64,000 nt of DNA from Lingula anatina. Taxonomy: Eukaryota; Animalia; Brachiopoda. The notes beneath the pieces are model-generated. The model was not told where the DNA came from. It worked only from the letters and a program-made list of their open reading frames with translations, and did not search any database. Within the stretch, counting starts at the first letter, position 1; each line of letters opens with the position of its first letter. Made by a program: the position numbers and the translations under genes. Location: the NCBI GenBank assembly GCA_051362555.1, contig CM120644.1, forward strand, positions 15,212,534 to 15,276,533, given 5' to 3'. Of this stretch, positions 1-13,119 are shown one piece after another.

Positions 1-1722
1 GTAGAATTTGTGTACAGCACATTGTGAATTATTCTGTATTGCATTATTTGTAGTTGAGTTTCTTTGACAGACTCAAATGGTATCAAGAAAACTCTCTGCC
101 AATCATTTTCACTTACGCCTGATTTGATAAGATGCAAACTTGCTGTGGGTAAATTTATTACATTTCTTTCTATTAGCTTATCGTAAATGGTTTTTGTAGA
201 GGCTAGAGTCCATACTATCTCATCTGAGTCTGTGTTGTCAACTGTTTCTGCATTTTCCCGAAGTTTACGTAACCATGATATCGGAATTGATTTTTTTACT
301 TTTTCGTATTCTAGAAAATTCGGCAGCTTAATGTCGAAGTTGTGTTGATTTATTATTTCTTCTAATGATATAAATTCACCATTAATATTTATAATATCTT
401 GCATATAATTTACTCCGGCTTTTGACCAATGCCTTAGATATATTGACTTTTTGTTTACAAGTATGAATCTATTATTCCATATTATCTGTTTCTTTATATC
501 GGAGGCATTATTAGGGTCTGTTTGTATTACATCACTCCATGCATCTAGCATGGCTACGTAAAAAGGTGGTATGTCCGAAATGTTAATATTCTTCAGTTCA
601 TAATTACAACTGAAAATAAGTTTTCCTCCCACACTTCTTAAATATTTCAGTATGTTTATAACCCACGGATCATCGTTGTCAGCTAACATTATGCGCTTAA
701 CCATTGAGGCCTTCAGAGACCGCACGTGCGATGGCACATGCGTCAAATTTAAACCACCTTTACTCTTTGGGGCTATTAATGTATTTTGCTTTAATTTTGG
801 TTTTTTATCATTCCATAGAAATTTTTTGAATGAAGCATCTATCCTCAAAATAATATCATTTGGGGTCTCAAGAACTGTATTAGCATAAACCAGTTTAGCC
901 AGACCCAATGTTTTCAGTATTTGTATCTTTCCAATCCATGTGAGGTCTCTGCTGGACCAAAGGTTAAGCAGCTTTTCAATTTGATCAACTTTACTATCGA
1001 AGTCTAGAAACCTGCAGCTTTCGTAATCGTAAGAGAAATGAATTCCGAGAGCTTTTATTGGTCTATCCGGCCATAGCAACCCGAGGGGCTTTTCGTCGTT
1101 GAATCTATTGCTTCCAAGCCACAGGGCTTCGGACTTGCTCAAGTTTAGTTCTAAACCAGAAATTTGTTTGAATTCAGATATTAATTTCAATGCGTTTTTA
1201 GCGGACCCAACATCATTTAGAAATAGCGTTGTATCGTCGGCATATTGGCATAATTTGTGTTCATGACGATCAATAGTAATTCCCCGTATGGATGGATCTG
1301 CGCGTATTGCGCAGGCTAGTATTTCTACGGCCAGCACGAATAAAGGGCCGGACAGTGGGCATCCTTGTCTTACACCTCTTGTAATTGAAAAGAATCGCGA
1401 GGAATATCCGTTGTTTGTAATACAACTGGAAGCATTGGCGTACATAATGTCAAACCACTGAATGAAGTCAGGGCCAAAGTTGAATATTTTCAGGCATTTT
1501 TTTATAAATTCCCATTCAATGCAATCGAACGCTTTTTTAAAATCTAAGAAAATTGCCATCCCTTCTTTATTTTGCCTTTTTGTTGAGTACATAAGATCCC
1601 AGATGAGTCTTATATTTTCACCGATATATCTTTTTTTAACGTACCCGGTTTGGTTTTTGTTGATAATGGTTGGTAAAGTCATTTCCATTCGTTTTGCAAG
1701 TGCTTTTGCGGCTATTTTGTAG
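1..1722 (-). mobile_element. 5'-truncated L1/Tx1-clade non-LTR retrotransposon ORF2 (reverse transcriptase + C-terminal region), continues beyond window start
   Basis: Manual minus-strand translation: YKIAAKALAKRM...QTGYVKKRYIGENIR...IFLDFKKAFDCIEWEF...RGVRQGCPLSGPLF...QYADDTTLF...SGLELNLSKS...LNLWSSRDLTWIGK...GGLNL...IWNN...QIMQYRIIHNVLYTN. I found no stop over ~570 codons. Probably absent from the ORF track because it has no stop inside the window. Confidence 0.95.
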
Positions 1723-1948
1723 CTTACGGAGAAAACACATTGATGCTCTTTCTAAATGTCGTATATGTGTCCAGAAAACCACTGAAATGCACTAAAATAA
1801 GCCCATAACCGTATATTATAATATTGGCCAATTATGTCCATGATCATGTTAATTTTCCATATAATTTATTGTAAAACTATGTATCCGTTTCAAGCATTGC
1901 TGTACATAAATTGTATTCAGTGGGTAGCATTTTGGAGGGAATATTACG

Positions 1949-2035
1949 TACCCTTTACCAGGGCCACAGATTGATTTTTTCACCAGATATTTACAGATAT
2001 GTCTCTAGATAAATGATGGTACTTTTCTACCCTGT
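1949..2035 (-). mobile_element. Partial copy of the TACCCTCTACCAGGG-TIR MITE family (cf. 28452-28641)
   Basis: taccctttaccagggccacagattgattttttcaccagatatttacagatatgtctctagataaa is similar to the reverse complement of the right arm of 28452-28641. Another terminus is at ~7689-7703. Confidence 0.6.
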
Positions 2036-3101
2036 GCAAGTCAGATAAAAGTGCACGCAATTATCTGCGAACCTGGTAGATCGTACGTATTTTGGGTCGG
2101 GGTGAGCAGAAATGTGGAGATACTTAGTACAAAGTTCAGCGAGGAAAGCCAGTGCTCAGTGAATGGTCAATTGAGGTCAGCGTGTCCTTCTCGGGTCAAC
2201 TGCAGTTGTAAAAGGTGGATAAAATTGAGTCAGCTAAGATTTACGACGAATCAACTCATTTCTGAGAGAACAGAGGCCTTTGTATAAAAGCCAGTATATT
2301 CAGCAATTTTCGTGTAATTTTTCATAGAGCTCCCCCCCCCCTTTAATTGACACAATTTCAGAAATGACATCGAAACTAGAACAAATTCATATCCAAAGCG
2401 GACTTTTGTCGATTTAAAAGGTGGTTCATTTGACGTCCTCGGGTCCTCATTACTACCCCTTGCCTTCTGCCCTGACGTCAAATATTATTAAAAACAGGAG
2501 ATAAGGAACCTTATTTAAAAAAAAAACGTTTCTGTGTTCTGTTAGCGTTCGTCCTAAGTACAAAATCCAGCAATTTTTGACGTCACAAACACCCCGCCAC
2601 GTTAACATGCGTCTTGGTTATTGCCAGCAAAAACATTGCAATCATCGTTGGAAAGGTTCTTTTTACCGAACAATATGACCTTTTATGAGCGTTCTCTGTT
2701 AGATGGTCGATCTGATGCATCAGCCGCGTTTATAAGATTTATTAAATACACACAATGCAATTCAATCCTTTATAAAGCAAATGGATGAGTTTTTCTCGAT
2801 ATTTCAGCGTTTTTCCTTTAATCCCCCATGGTACGCCATATCCAAACCCACTGAGAGAGATACATGTATAATCCATAAACTCGTTCTCTATTTCTACATT
2901 TCTAATGCGTATTGACACTGGAAGTCACCAGTCTGTATCTTCATTAAGCGATAAGCTATGAAAGTGGTTTCGGATACGGTCTACCTAGACTCTAAAAGAA
3001 TCAAGGCAAAGAAAAAAGTTTCCAGGAACATTGAATTTCCTGATAAAAAAATCTCCCAGCAAACACAGAACGATTTGTAACATTACAATTAATTTACAGT
3101 A

Positions 3102-3106
<5 letters not shown>

Positions 3107-3144
<38 letters not shown>
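3107..3144. repeat. (TA)n microsatellite
   Basis: Direct reading. Confidence 0.95.
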
Positions 3145-3148
<4 letters not shown>

Positions 3149-4150
3149 GTTATGTCAACGTTATAATAACGTCCAGTGTTTGCTTGGCTGACGCCTATTG
3201 CGTGTATTCAGGTTTCTATCTAATAACACTTACCGTCCGTGGGGTAAGGCTTATTCAGGACAGTTGTCGCACATTTGAAGTACGCTGCTTTCAACCCAGC
3301 CACGTCATCAACGGTGTTTTCGTATTGTCTGATCACGGCAGGGGTCTCGTCCAGTGACGGCTGAGCCTTGGCTGTACCACTGACAACAACATTGGCCACA
3401 TAACTGTCATTAGTTTCTGAGCCGCTGCTTGTGTCGTACCTTGTTTCGTTTTTCGTTTTGTACATCGTCAGGTGAGATAGTCATGTACACAACACAATTG
3501 AATGCGGTATTTTTCTTAAAAAAAGATAAGTGCTGCTTGATAAACGTATATGTTCTGCTAGTTTGGCTCCTATTTTCCAAGATTGTACATTCACTTGTTT
3601 AGGAAAACTTCATACCGTCTTGCACGTTGAACACTAGTTTGCAGTGTCGTTTCGTTGAGTTCCTTCGATTGTCTGGTGTACAGAAGCGAGTTTTAGAGGT
3701 CCATACTCCTCCAGTCTAAAAACAAATATGTATTAGAACTGTGGAGCCCATGCGCATGTAATAGTCCCCGTAGACACCCATCCTGTTCGTATAATGGACT
3801 GACATGATATAACTAACTGCGTTTTTCTCTGAACGTCTGTCCGGGGAATTGAGGATGAAGATCGAAATTGTCTTAAGTCACTGTTACAATCCAGTGTGCA
3901 CTTTTTTCATCCAACTCAATCAGCCTTCTGGTCTCGTCAAAGTCAGCTTCGTGGTTTGGTTGAAATGCGCTCAGGTAGCATACTTATTGGTTTCTTTTTT
4001 TATGCCGTCGATTTAAAATCGAGGAAGCGGAAGTTAATGAGGCTACCACAGCGAGGCTACAATGTACGAGCGATTCCAGTCGCTCTTCTACATGCAGATA
4101 CACTTCTTGGCTAACTGTGTATGTACTTGTCCTGACAAGGCCTCAGAGCT
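3145..4150 (-). pseudogene. Putative decayed multi-exon gene (exons 4150-3818, 3715-3616, 3514-~3145), product unknown, weak BRICHOS-like resemblance
   Basis: Canonical AG/GT junctions with consistent phases (1,1,2) and ~100-nt introns. The joined frame includes the 81-aa ORF 3220-3465 but has several in-frame stops: ...QEVYLHVEERLESLVH...VCYLSAFQPNHEADFDETRRLIELDEKSAHWIV...TLQTSVQRARR...KAAYFKCATTVLNKPYPTDGKCY*IET*IHAIGVSQANTGRYYNVDITF. Confidence 0.4.
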
Positions 4151-6391
4151 CTGAAATGAAAACCACTAAGGTCATATGATAACGCATTTTCTGCCTGTAC
4201 CACACTTAATCGAGCAGTCTGTTCTTTTTCCATAACTCATAACCTTTACGAGGATAAAATCAATTCCCGAGAGTGTGAATGGCATGTGACCGGAAAATCA
4301 GCATTTTGATTTACGGCTCTTCTCGAACAAGTGTAAAACTCATCCAGTAACTAATCGCAAAAGTTAATCAATATGATGTCTTCTTCAATATGAGTTTAAG
4401 TAGCTCCGATATTAACTTAAAATTTTCGAAAACGTTACGTCTTCAATAATGATCATTTTAATTCTCATAAAACGTGCTTTTCGACATGATGATGCATTCA
4501 AATATTTGTGTGTATCAGTGGCACAACAATAACTTGAAAAATATCATAAATTCATTATGTTTGATCCCATAACTAATTACTACATGTCTTCTGCAAGACG
4601 TGGATAAGAGCTCTTCTCTTCATTAAGATGAGTTAAAATAGTGATGTCTTCTGTTAGCCGCATAAAAGTACATCATACGGACATGCACAATTTTCCTGAT
4701 TAAAACTACCGTGCAGCGGTCTATTAGAATGCTGTGCGTCAACTTGTCAAGAACTGTTTGCTGTCAAGTTCCATTATGAACAAGTTGTTTTACCGGGCAA
4801 CACGAGGCCGCCCACTGCCAAGTAGTGCTGTTTGTTGAAAATTAACTGGACAACAACGAAGATGTATAATCTGCAGCTGTCAACGACAATTTTTCAGTTA
4901 TAGATCACCGGAAATAAACTCTCTTATTCCTCGATCAAAAGTGTAGAATTATAATCACATTTGCCTGGTGCAAACGTTACGATAATAAATAAACAAATAA
5001 ATATGAAAAGTAAAAAACTACATAAATAAATAAATAAATAATACTGAAGACAGTTTTGTTGCCTTATTTGAGATTGCAGTGTATGAGAAATACTCGTTTA
5101 CCATTTGACTCGAACAGACGCAGTAATCGATTACGTAATAGTTCTCAGCTGCTTTGAACCTTTTACGCGTCATAACCTTATTAGACTATATGGTGTGCTT
5201 TAAGAGGTTTAGGTAATTTTAACACGGTCGAATTCACGTTGCAAAATTGCTGTAAAAGCTAATGGGTTATATTGTGTCTCGGCCACGGTTTCATTTAGCA
5301 TAGCCGTCACAACTGTATCTAAAAATTTGATAAGTTATTTCGCTTGTCTATTGCCAAAACCCTCAAAAAGAAGCGTGCGCTCTGAGATGCTTAAAGTTGC
5401 AATATTGATGCCTTAAGTGCTGTGGGGGGTCCAGTGGATTTTTGGTAGCAACTGGTACATAACGAAACCAATTATTGGGAAGACACTTGGGACATTTTGT
5501 CTTCAATATATTCATTTTCTTAATCCCTGTACCTGAAGCCGCTGGGGTATTGACATATTCTGCTGATTCATGGTGAAATTATTTACACTCCATTCTTGAC
5601 AAAAATGAATATACTGTATTCAGTGATACTTTATTGTGAAAATAAATAAATAAATAAATAATATTTCTTTAAACATTCTTTCGTGTGCGTGGAACATCGA
5701 TCTTGATCAGTCCCTTTTGCTACATGTATGAACTCATTAATCAAACTATAAATGCCCAATTAATAAAACATTCATTTTAACACCTTTACCTTGAACCGTT
5801 TTCTTTCTATCTGTGCATTATAAAAAAATGATAGTATGTATCATTAAGAAAAAGATTAATCTACGGACCAAAAGGACATGAATCACAAGCGAAAAAAAAA
5901 ACTTTAGTGGAAAACGTGCCTGTGAGAGGTCGTGGCTCTTATTGCAGCTGAGAAAAGCTTTCGGATACGATAATATAGTATGGTGGAAAATTGTAGACGG
6001 ATGCAAATTGACTATCGAATGTCGAGCACAGGGATGGGCAGATTCCTTGGTTTTGTCTTGTGACGCTTAATTTAATTGTTCTTGTTGGTTTGGAGAGAGG
6101 GAGAAATGGGAACGAGGGGGGATTCCCCCAAAGCAAAGTGTAAGCCCACTGCCCCCCCCCCCCCCCCCCCACCACCCCACCGAATCTTCCATTGGAGTAC
6201 AGTGTAGACTACAAACCAGCTTCCTTTTTTAAAGTTATGTTATTTCCCTGGATGAAGAGAACACGGCAAACTACAGTCTGACTTCATGCAGGCACAAAAC
6301 ACGCATGAATATTTTGTGTCCTTGGCCAGACAGTACGATACACTCACGCTAAGGGACAGAATGTCGGTGCCACGTGCGGTGTTTCTAGTAT

Positions 6392-6628
6392 GGGACCATT
6401 CCCAGACCTGATCGTACTGTGGGTGGATCTATCTCCGAGGGGATTCTCGCTAAATTGCAATCAAGTTAAGCTGCTTGGATATCTGTCACGCGTACTGAAT
6501 CTGCTAGGGAGTAATTAATTATCGCTTAGCAGCTTCAGTAGTGCCAGACGTCTGAGACGCTTGAGCTGAAAGCAATTTAGCGAGATGGATTAATCCTATT
6601 AGATCGATCTAGGTAAGGGAGCCCAGTC
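6392..6628. mobile_element. Palindromic MITE, PIF/Harbinger (Tourist-like), 3-bp TAT target duplication
   Basis: tat|gggaccattcccag...gggagcccagtc|tat; long internal inverted symmetry; related to 46065-46320. Confidence 0.8.
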
Positions 6629-6631
6629 TAT

Positions 6632-6844
6632 GACCCCATTCCCAGAGCTTAGATCGATCCAACTAGATTGACCTAACTCCCTGGGTGTTCACGCTAAATA
6701 GCTGGCAGCCGAGCGGGCACGAAAGTTAATTACCCCCTTACAGTTTGTAGTAGGCGGGACGGACATTTATGCCGAATTATCCGACAGTAATCTAGTGAGA
6801 CTCCTCACGGGGACAGATCGAACTAAACATATGGGAATGCGCCC
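6632..6844. mobile_element. Palindromic MITE, PIF/Harbinger (Tourist-like), TAT TSD, abutting previous element
   Basis: tat|gaccccattcccagagcttagatcgatc...gatcgaactaaacatatgggaatgcgccc|tat; homologous to 11146-11371, 15420-15577, 17762-17947. Confidence 0.8.
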
Positions 6845-8250
6845 TATGGCTTTACAATGATACATAGCAGTTATATTCTATGACGTATGTTTATCTTTAT
6901 GTTACTGATTGGATGCCACCCCTGCTACTGGGGGGGGGGGGGGGGGGTATGTGGTTGCAATAAAGAACACTGAGAGATTCTGTTTTTTTTTCAGGAACAA
7001 ACAAAAAGCATACGATAATATAGTATGGTGGAAAATTGTAGACGGATGCAACTTGACTATCGAATGTCGAGCACAGGGCTGGGAAGATTCCTTGGTTTTG
7101 TCTTGTGACGCTTAATTCAACTGTTCTGCTGGTTTGGAGAGAGGGAGAAAGGGAAACGAGGGGGGATTCTCCCAAAGCAAAGTGTAGGGGCACGCAGCCC
7201 ACTGCCCCCCCCCCCCTCCGAATCTTCCATTGGAGTACAGTGTAGACTACAAACCAGCTTCCTTTTTTAAAGTTATTTTCACAGTTGTTCCAATGCGATT
7301 TTTAATCAAATAACTCCGTAATTGTGATACTATTTTCACAAATACTATCAATTTCCTTTCATAAAAACACCTCCGTCGCAGGCATAATAGGGGAGGTATG
7401 TCTTCTAAGGTAGTTGTGTTATTAAAGCTGGTGCACGGTGACTACTTTTTTTGCCGACAAAGGATTGATATTAACGGACATATTAGCAGTGGCATTAAAC
7501 TGTAATGTTAAATACACATTAGGGCGACAAAAATAGGTTCATCTGCAAACACTGATTATTTGCAATTCCTTCTTTTATATGGGGGGGGGGCGCAACACTT
7601 AACGCACAAGCTTTGTACTACATTGTGCGTAATGTTACACAAGCCCTTAATGTGGGAAATGTGGAAATTGTGGCTATAAAATCTACCACCCTGGTAGAGG
7701 GTACTTAATGCGCAAGTGTACAAGAGAAGACAAAAAAATAATTAAGATGAATGAATGCGTTTCATAATAATGCACAGTCGATCGTTATCTCCACAAAAAT
7801 TAGGCAGACATTTACACCAGGGGAGTTTTATTGTACCATGGGAGTCTGAATTTGTCTTTGAAGTGGGTAAAAAGCATTACTTATAGTATGGGTCAGTGGG
7901 TCCGTCTTGCGCCATTTGCCTAATGGTTGTAACATTCCTATTAGCTAGGAAGGGACATTATATATGCTACTATGTCTCTTATTTCCATTGTAGTAAATAT
8001 TGAAACGCGAGGCCTGGGAATCGAGGTAAAGCGCAAATGCTGCCAAGATTAAAGGGTTATCGTGTACTTGTGCCTCACGGGGGATTATTTTCCACACTTA
8101 CAAGTACGAAGAGATTTCGAAGTGCAATGAACTTTTTTACTCACTGGTTCTGTGTGCCTCTGTTAGTAGATCTCAAGTGATTTTTTTTACGGGATCATGC
8201 CTACTATCTCAACCATGCTAAAATTAGGCGCTTATAGATTGCTAATCTAT

Positions 8251-8463
8251 GGGCGCATTCGGATTCACACAGCGTACTAGCTGGGTCGGTCCAACTCAGC
8301 ATGGGATTTTCGCTTAAGTGCAATCAGCGGAATCCGCTTCTGTTCGAGGAAGTGTGACAGATAATTTTAAGCCGATTCTATTGATTGCACTTAAGCACAA
8401 ATCCCCCGGAAAGTTGGGCAGACCCAGCTAGTACAAGTACGATGTGTGAATCTAAATGCGGAC
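8251..8463. mobile_element. Palindromic MITE (Harbinger-type termini)
   Basis: gggcgcattcggattcacaca..gtactagctgggtc / gacccagctagtac..tgtgtgaatctaaatgcggac inverted arms. Confidence 0.75.
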
Positions 8464-9294
8464 TTTGGCTACGTACCCTTGAAGGAAACAGTTCTGTACA
8501 CAAACCACATCAACATATTCCCTATATGTGATGTAAAAAAATAACCTTTATTTTTCTCAAGCTCTCGTGCATTTGTCTAATTAACTACTCCAGGGCAAAA
8601 CATTGCTAGTAATTACTTTATTTTCCCCTCTACCATACCTCTGACGAAACCTTTGTTCCTCGAGTGACATTAAATTACAGAATTGTATGTGCCAAAGATT
8701 CTAAGGTACCTGGTTGGATAATACAGGAGAAGGTGTTACACGCAAAAGGAAGATTTTTCTCTTGAGGCAAATGTCAACCGATGTTCAACCTTGGACGAAT
8801 ATTCGCCCAAGGTTCAATTTCGAGTACGATTTTCAGCTCTCCCAACCCCGCAGCCATTTTTTCTATTTCCTCCCCCTACCTTCTTAAAGTGTGTTATTAC
8901 AAGTCTGCATAGGTATCACGAGCAGAAATTGGAAGTTTGACAATACGAACGGGAGAATAAGTCGGGCAGATAAAAAACTGAAGAACATAACCTAATAGTA
9001 GGACGCCGTCCAATATACTAACGCTTAATGCAATAACAAGATATATATTACAGTGTAAATGCATTCTTGGCACTCTGGCGGCATTACAGGCAGTTACTCT
9101 CCCCTTTGAATAATGAAGATGTATTTAAGATACACAATGTGGCATACAGAGGTACACTTTGACATAACTTAATAAAATCTCAACACTTTCTCTTAGTTCT
9201 CCAGGAACTGCATAGGCAAAAATGGTCTCAGAATATCGACCTAATGATCCGGTTGAAAGCTCTAATTTCTTAATGTTTGGTCAGTTCCCTGATG

Positions 9295-9592
9295 CAGGGG
9301 CGGATCAAGGATTACTGGAAGGGGGGGGGGTCCAGTTTTTAGGAATAACAGGCCGCGGATGCGAAGCTGATCCTGCCCCCCCCCCTCCTTGGCGTGGGGT
9401 TCGGGGCCCGCTGAAGGGTTCGGGAAAATGTTGGTATTTTTAGAGGGTGAACAGTACCATTTGGAACGGTTTTGAAATTTGATTCAGATTGTCAAAATTC
9501 TAATTTCAAGAGGGGGCCATTGGTGTGATTTTTCCAGAAATCGAAGGGGGTGGGGGTCAGGACCTCCCTGACACCTTTTCAATTCGCCACTG
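9295..9592 (+). mobile_element. hAT-like non-autonomous element (CAGGGGCGGATC...TTCGCCACTG termini, poly-G/C tracts)
   Basis: Terminal inverted repeats of the CAG(T/G)GGCGGA type; an inverted homologue lies at 57422-57703. Confidence 0.6.
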
Positions 9593-11145
9593 TAAAGGGG
9601 ATTGAGTTGGACGAATTGAGCTCGCGACGCTTTAAATTAGATAATCAGAACTCGAAAACACCCACATAGATCTCAGTTAACTCAATACTTCGCCATAGGT
9701 TATTATTCAGTGTTAAAGATTGCTGACACTTCCAGGAAAATAAATGTTCCAACTATATGAAGGTTGAACGCACATCGCTTGTCCTGAATTAAAATGCATC
9801 ACTCACGATTTTAGAGCCATTTTTCTTAATTACAAGATTATTATTCCCAGCTTCACTACATCGTTTCTGTATTTTAAATTTATAATTAATCACTAAAGTT
9901 GTCAGGATTGCAGTAAAGGCAACTGGATTAAGAGTTAGTCATCGCATTGCAATTACAGAATGTGTGTCTCTAGAAAAATGTCAGTTTCATGGTAATTAAG
10001 CAGGCAATTTATATCTATTGTCTACAAAGAAATGTGCATTACTGATCGCCTTTTCACGTTCAATTCTAATAGACAATTAGTCGAAAATTGTCAAAAGAAG
10101 ACGTGTTTTAATAATTTCAACTTGACTTTGCGACTTTTATTTTTTTCCGCGGGGTCTAGGTAGAATTCAGAGGGAAAAGTTTTTGGTTTTGATAACTTTG
10201 CATTGCCTTTAATTACAGTGACCTATTGATCGACTTAGAATCATTCGTAACAAAACCAATAGGTGTAGAAGACCGTTCTTAAATTGCTTTTATTCATTCA
10301 TGTTTATTTATTTATTTTTGTTCGACTTCATTTTTATAATGACTGCATGACCTATCCATATGTAAATGTGAATCAAGTTAACAAAACGACGATAATAATT
10401 TACTAACAGACTTATTGTTCTCAAATATACATGTAGCGCCATTTCAATATATAATATGCCGCTTTAGTTAAAATGATAACAACTGTTCGTATGTGATTCA
10501 TATTCCACAATGACTACATTGTAAACAACTCATAGAAATATAATAAATTCCATTTTACCATCAAAACAGCAGTTATCTTTATTATTCTGGAACCTGTGCT
10601 TTCCATTAGACCACGTGGGCTTTCATAAAAAAATGACTTTACCTCAGTAATAATCTCTTAAGAGATTATAACAAAAAAAAAAGAAAATATATATAAAACA
10701 TGGACTAACTTTGAATGTCGGAATGGGATCAATTGCCATTGCTTAGTATGGAAAAATCGTCGTTTGTCCCTGGAAAATCCGTTTTTTTTTTTTTTTTGAC
10801 CAAAACGAACAGTTTTTATCTCTTTAACTTGGTGGATAAATAAGGTAATGTCACATGTCTAATGCAGTTTTTCATAGTGGCACTACGCCGTGTTATTGCT
10901 GTTTTTGCCCGCTACTGGTACTTAGATGTATTAGTCTCATAAAGTCCAGGGGAATTGAAATTTGATTGCACACGATATCTGTTTCGAAGGCTATTTACGT
11001 GCAAAAGCAGAGGTCAACTGTATTAAACGCGATAAAGAGATGGTTTATTGCAACCACCTTGGTTTTCAGAAGTGGACTGCTCACATAAATCGGTGAGTCC
11101 GCCGAACTTTTTATTTTAGTGCCACATTCTATACCAGTGGACTAT

Positions 11146-11371
11146 GGCTGGGTTCCCACAGATTTAGATCGATCCATCTGGGTCGACCTAACTCCCTGGG
11201 GGTTTACGCTAAATTGCTGCCAGCTTCTGGGAGCCGAGCGCGCACAAAAGGTAATTACCCCCTTACAGCTTTTAGTAGGCGGGACAAACATTTACGCCGG
11301 TTAAGCTGACAGCAATCTAGTGAGACTCCCCGGGGGGGTAGATCGATCTAAATATCTGTGGGAATGGTCTC
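11146..11371. mobile_element. Palindromic Harbinger/Tourist-like MITE, TAT TSD
   Basis: tat|ggctgggttcccacagatttagatcgatc...gatcgatctaaatatctgtgggaatggtctc|tat. Confidence 0.8.
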
Positions 11372-13065
11372 TATGAGAGGTGCTGCCACGTAATTACGCC
11401 ACACTTTTCCCCTTTTCAAGGCCTCTGGAAATCTGCTTCCTGCTGTTTGATTTAGGTAATTAACCAGGCGTGCAAATCGAAGGGGTTCCGTTTATGGGAT
11501 GCTTTTGCGTCATCCCCAGGCCAAGCTCACAAAGTGCACGTATACAGATTGGATCGTTTAATTATACTGTTCGACAAGAAAAGGGAAGAATAGTCACGCC
11601 TCCTCCTGTTGCCAACGTACTCCTATAATCACCAGCTATTTCTACATTCTACTTTTCGCCAGGAGGCGCGTTAATCTGTGTAAAATAAATGTGGGCTTGC
11701 ATTTCTCGTAAATGAATGATCATAGCTTTTTTGTAATTGTTTTTTTTTTTTAAGTTATCTTAAAAGATATTCACTACAATGTACCGGAGTTGGCTTCTTT
11801 GATTCGGTTATTTCAATGCAAGGTGTGCCATCTTAATTGAGCTTTTGGCAGGAAAGGTTTGAATGTGGATGTGAAATCATGAAACGAGATAAATTGTCTT
11901 CCTTTTCAGTGAATCTATCATAAGTTAGCAGTAGTCTTTTGGGCATCCTTTCCCAAGCAGGAAAAAATAAAGTGGATAATGTAAAGGGCATGTTATTTTA
12001 TTTTTTAACAAATTTGGGTGACGTTTAGGTTAACCTCCCCCCCCCCCCCAAAAAAAAAAAAAAAGAAAGAAAGAAAGAAAGAAAGAAACTAACTAACTTC
12101 CATGGAAGAATCTGGCTCTCCAATTAAAATGAGTATTGTGTAAAAAATCTTCATTCAGAAGGGGGGGGGGGGGGGAGGACGAAAAAGCATGCAAACGGGA
12201 AATACATTTACTGGTCCGTAAGTACATCAAGTACAATGATATTGAAGGGTGTCACATAGACATGTATACGTGTAGCTGGGGAATAACGTGCAACAGCAGG
12301 TTGGCAATAGAATTATCAAATGACAAGTGCCAATAATAAGGAAAACAGGGCCCGCAGCATGCAGACGGACAATCTCTTTTCTGTCAATTAATTTCTTTTT
12401 TTATTTTCAAACTTTGTCACTCAGTTATGTCAGTCACGCAATTATTGTATTGTATGTGTAACACTCTTCAGTAGCACTGTTCTTGATGTATTTACGGATC
12501 AGTAAATTTATTTCCCGTTTACATGCTTTTGCTTTTGTTCTGTTTATATTTCCTCTATGTGTTCCTTCATATAAACACATATACCTAGGCCGTTACATGC
12601 GCCAGCTGGTTGGCAATAGACTTATCAAATTACATCAAATTACAAGTGCCAATAATGAGGAAAACAAAGCCACGAAACATGCAAACGGACAATCTTTTTT
12701 CTGTCAATTTATTCTTTTAATATTTTCAAACTTTGTCACCGAGTTATGTCAGTCACGCAATAATTGTATAGTGACAAGTGACTGATGTGGAAAGCAGAAC
12801 GATGTGCATGCATGCATATTTGGCATACAGATGAGCAAGTTTTATAGTGCTTTTGGGGGCCAAATAATGTTTGCAGAGTGGCTTCTTCCCATTCCTTTTA
12901 GGGAAATATGGATAATTTGGGAGGCACAATTATCACGGGAAAAGAGCCGCGATACATGTCCTGCTATATTACGAAGCAGAAAATTGCAACAGCAAAAAAG
13001 ATAGATAGATAGATAGATATTATGCATGTCATGTGTGGACCTGCAGTTTTAGCAGCACGTGAGAA

Positions 13066-13119
13066 ACAATCAGCACATGACTAATGCGGAAATTCCTGGA
13101 TTTTTCTATTTCCAAGAAA
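13066..13119. promoter_or_regulatory. Candidate kB + STAT(GAS) + CCAAT-like module, copy 1
   Basis: GGAAATTCC 13088-13096, TTCCAAGAA 13110-13118, CAATCAG upstream; identical core in the duplicate. Confidence 0.35.

Larger units (their letters stand above)
5965..7276 (+). repeat. ~270-bp direct repeat pair (5965-6238 and 7010-7276) enclosing two MITEs
   Basis: atacgataatatagtatggtggaaaattgtagacggatgc...ctacaaaccagcttccttttttaaagttat present twice, near identical. Confidence 0.9.

Noticed and set aside
652-1722. Plus-strand ORFs 652-888 and 1462-1722
   Set aside because: Antisense shadows of the LINE ORF2
8787-8814. Near-perfect palindrome aaccttggacgaatattcgcccaaggtt
   Set aside because: Isolated; probably part of an old transposon, with no supporting context
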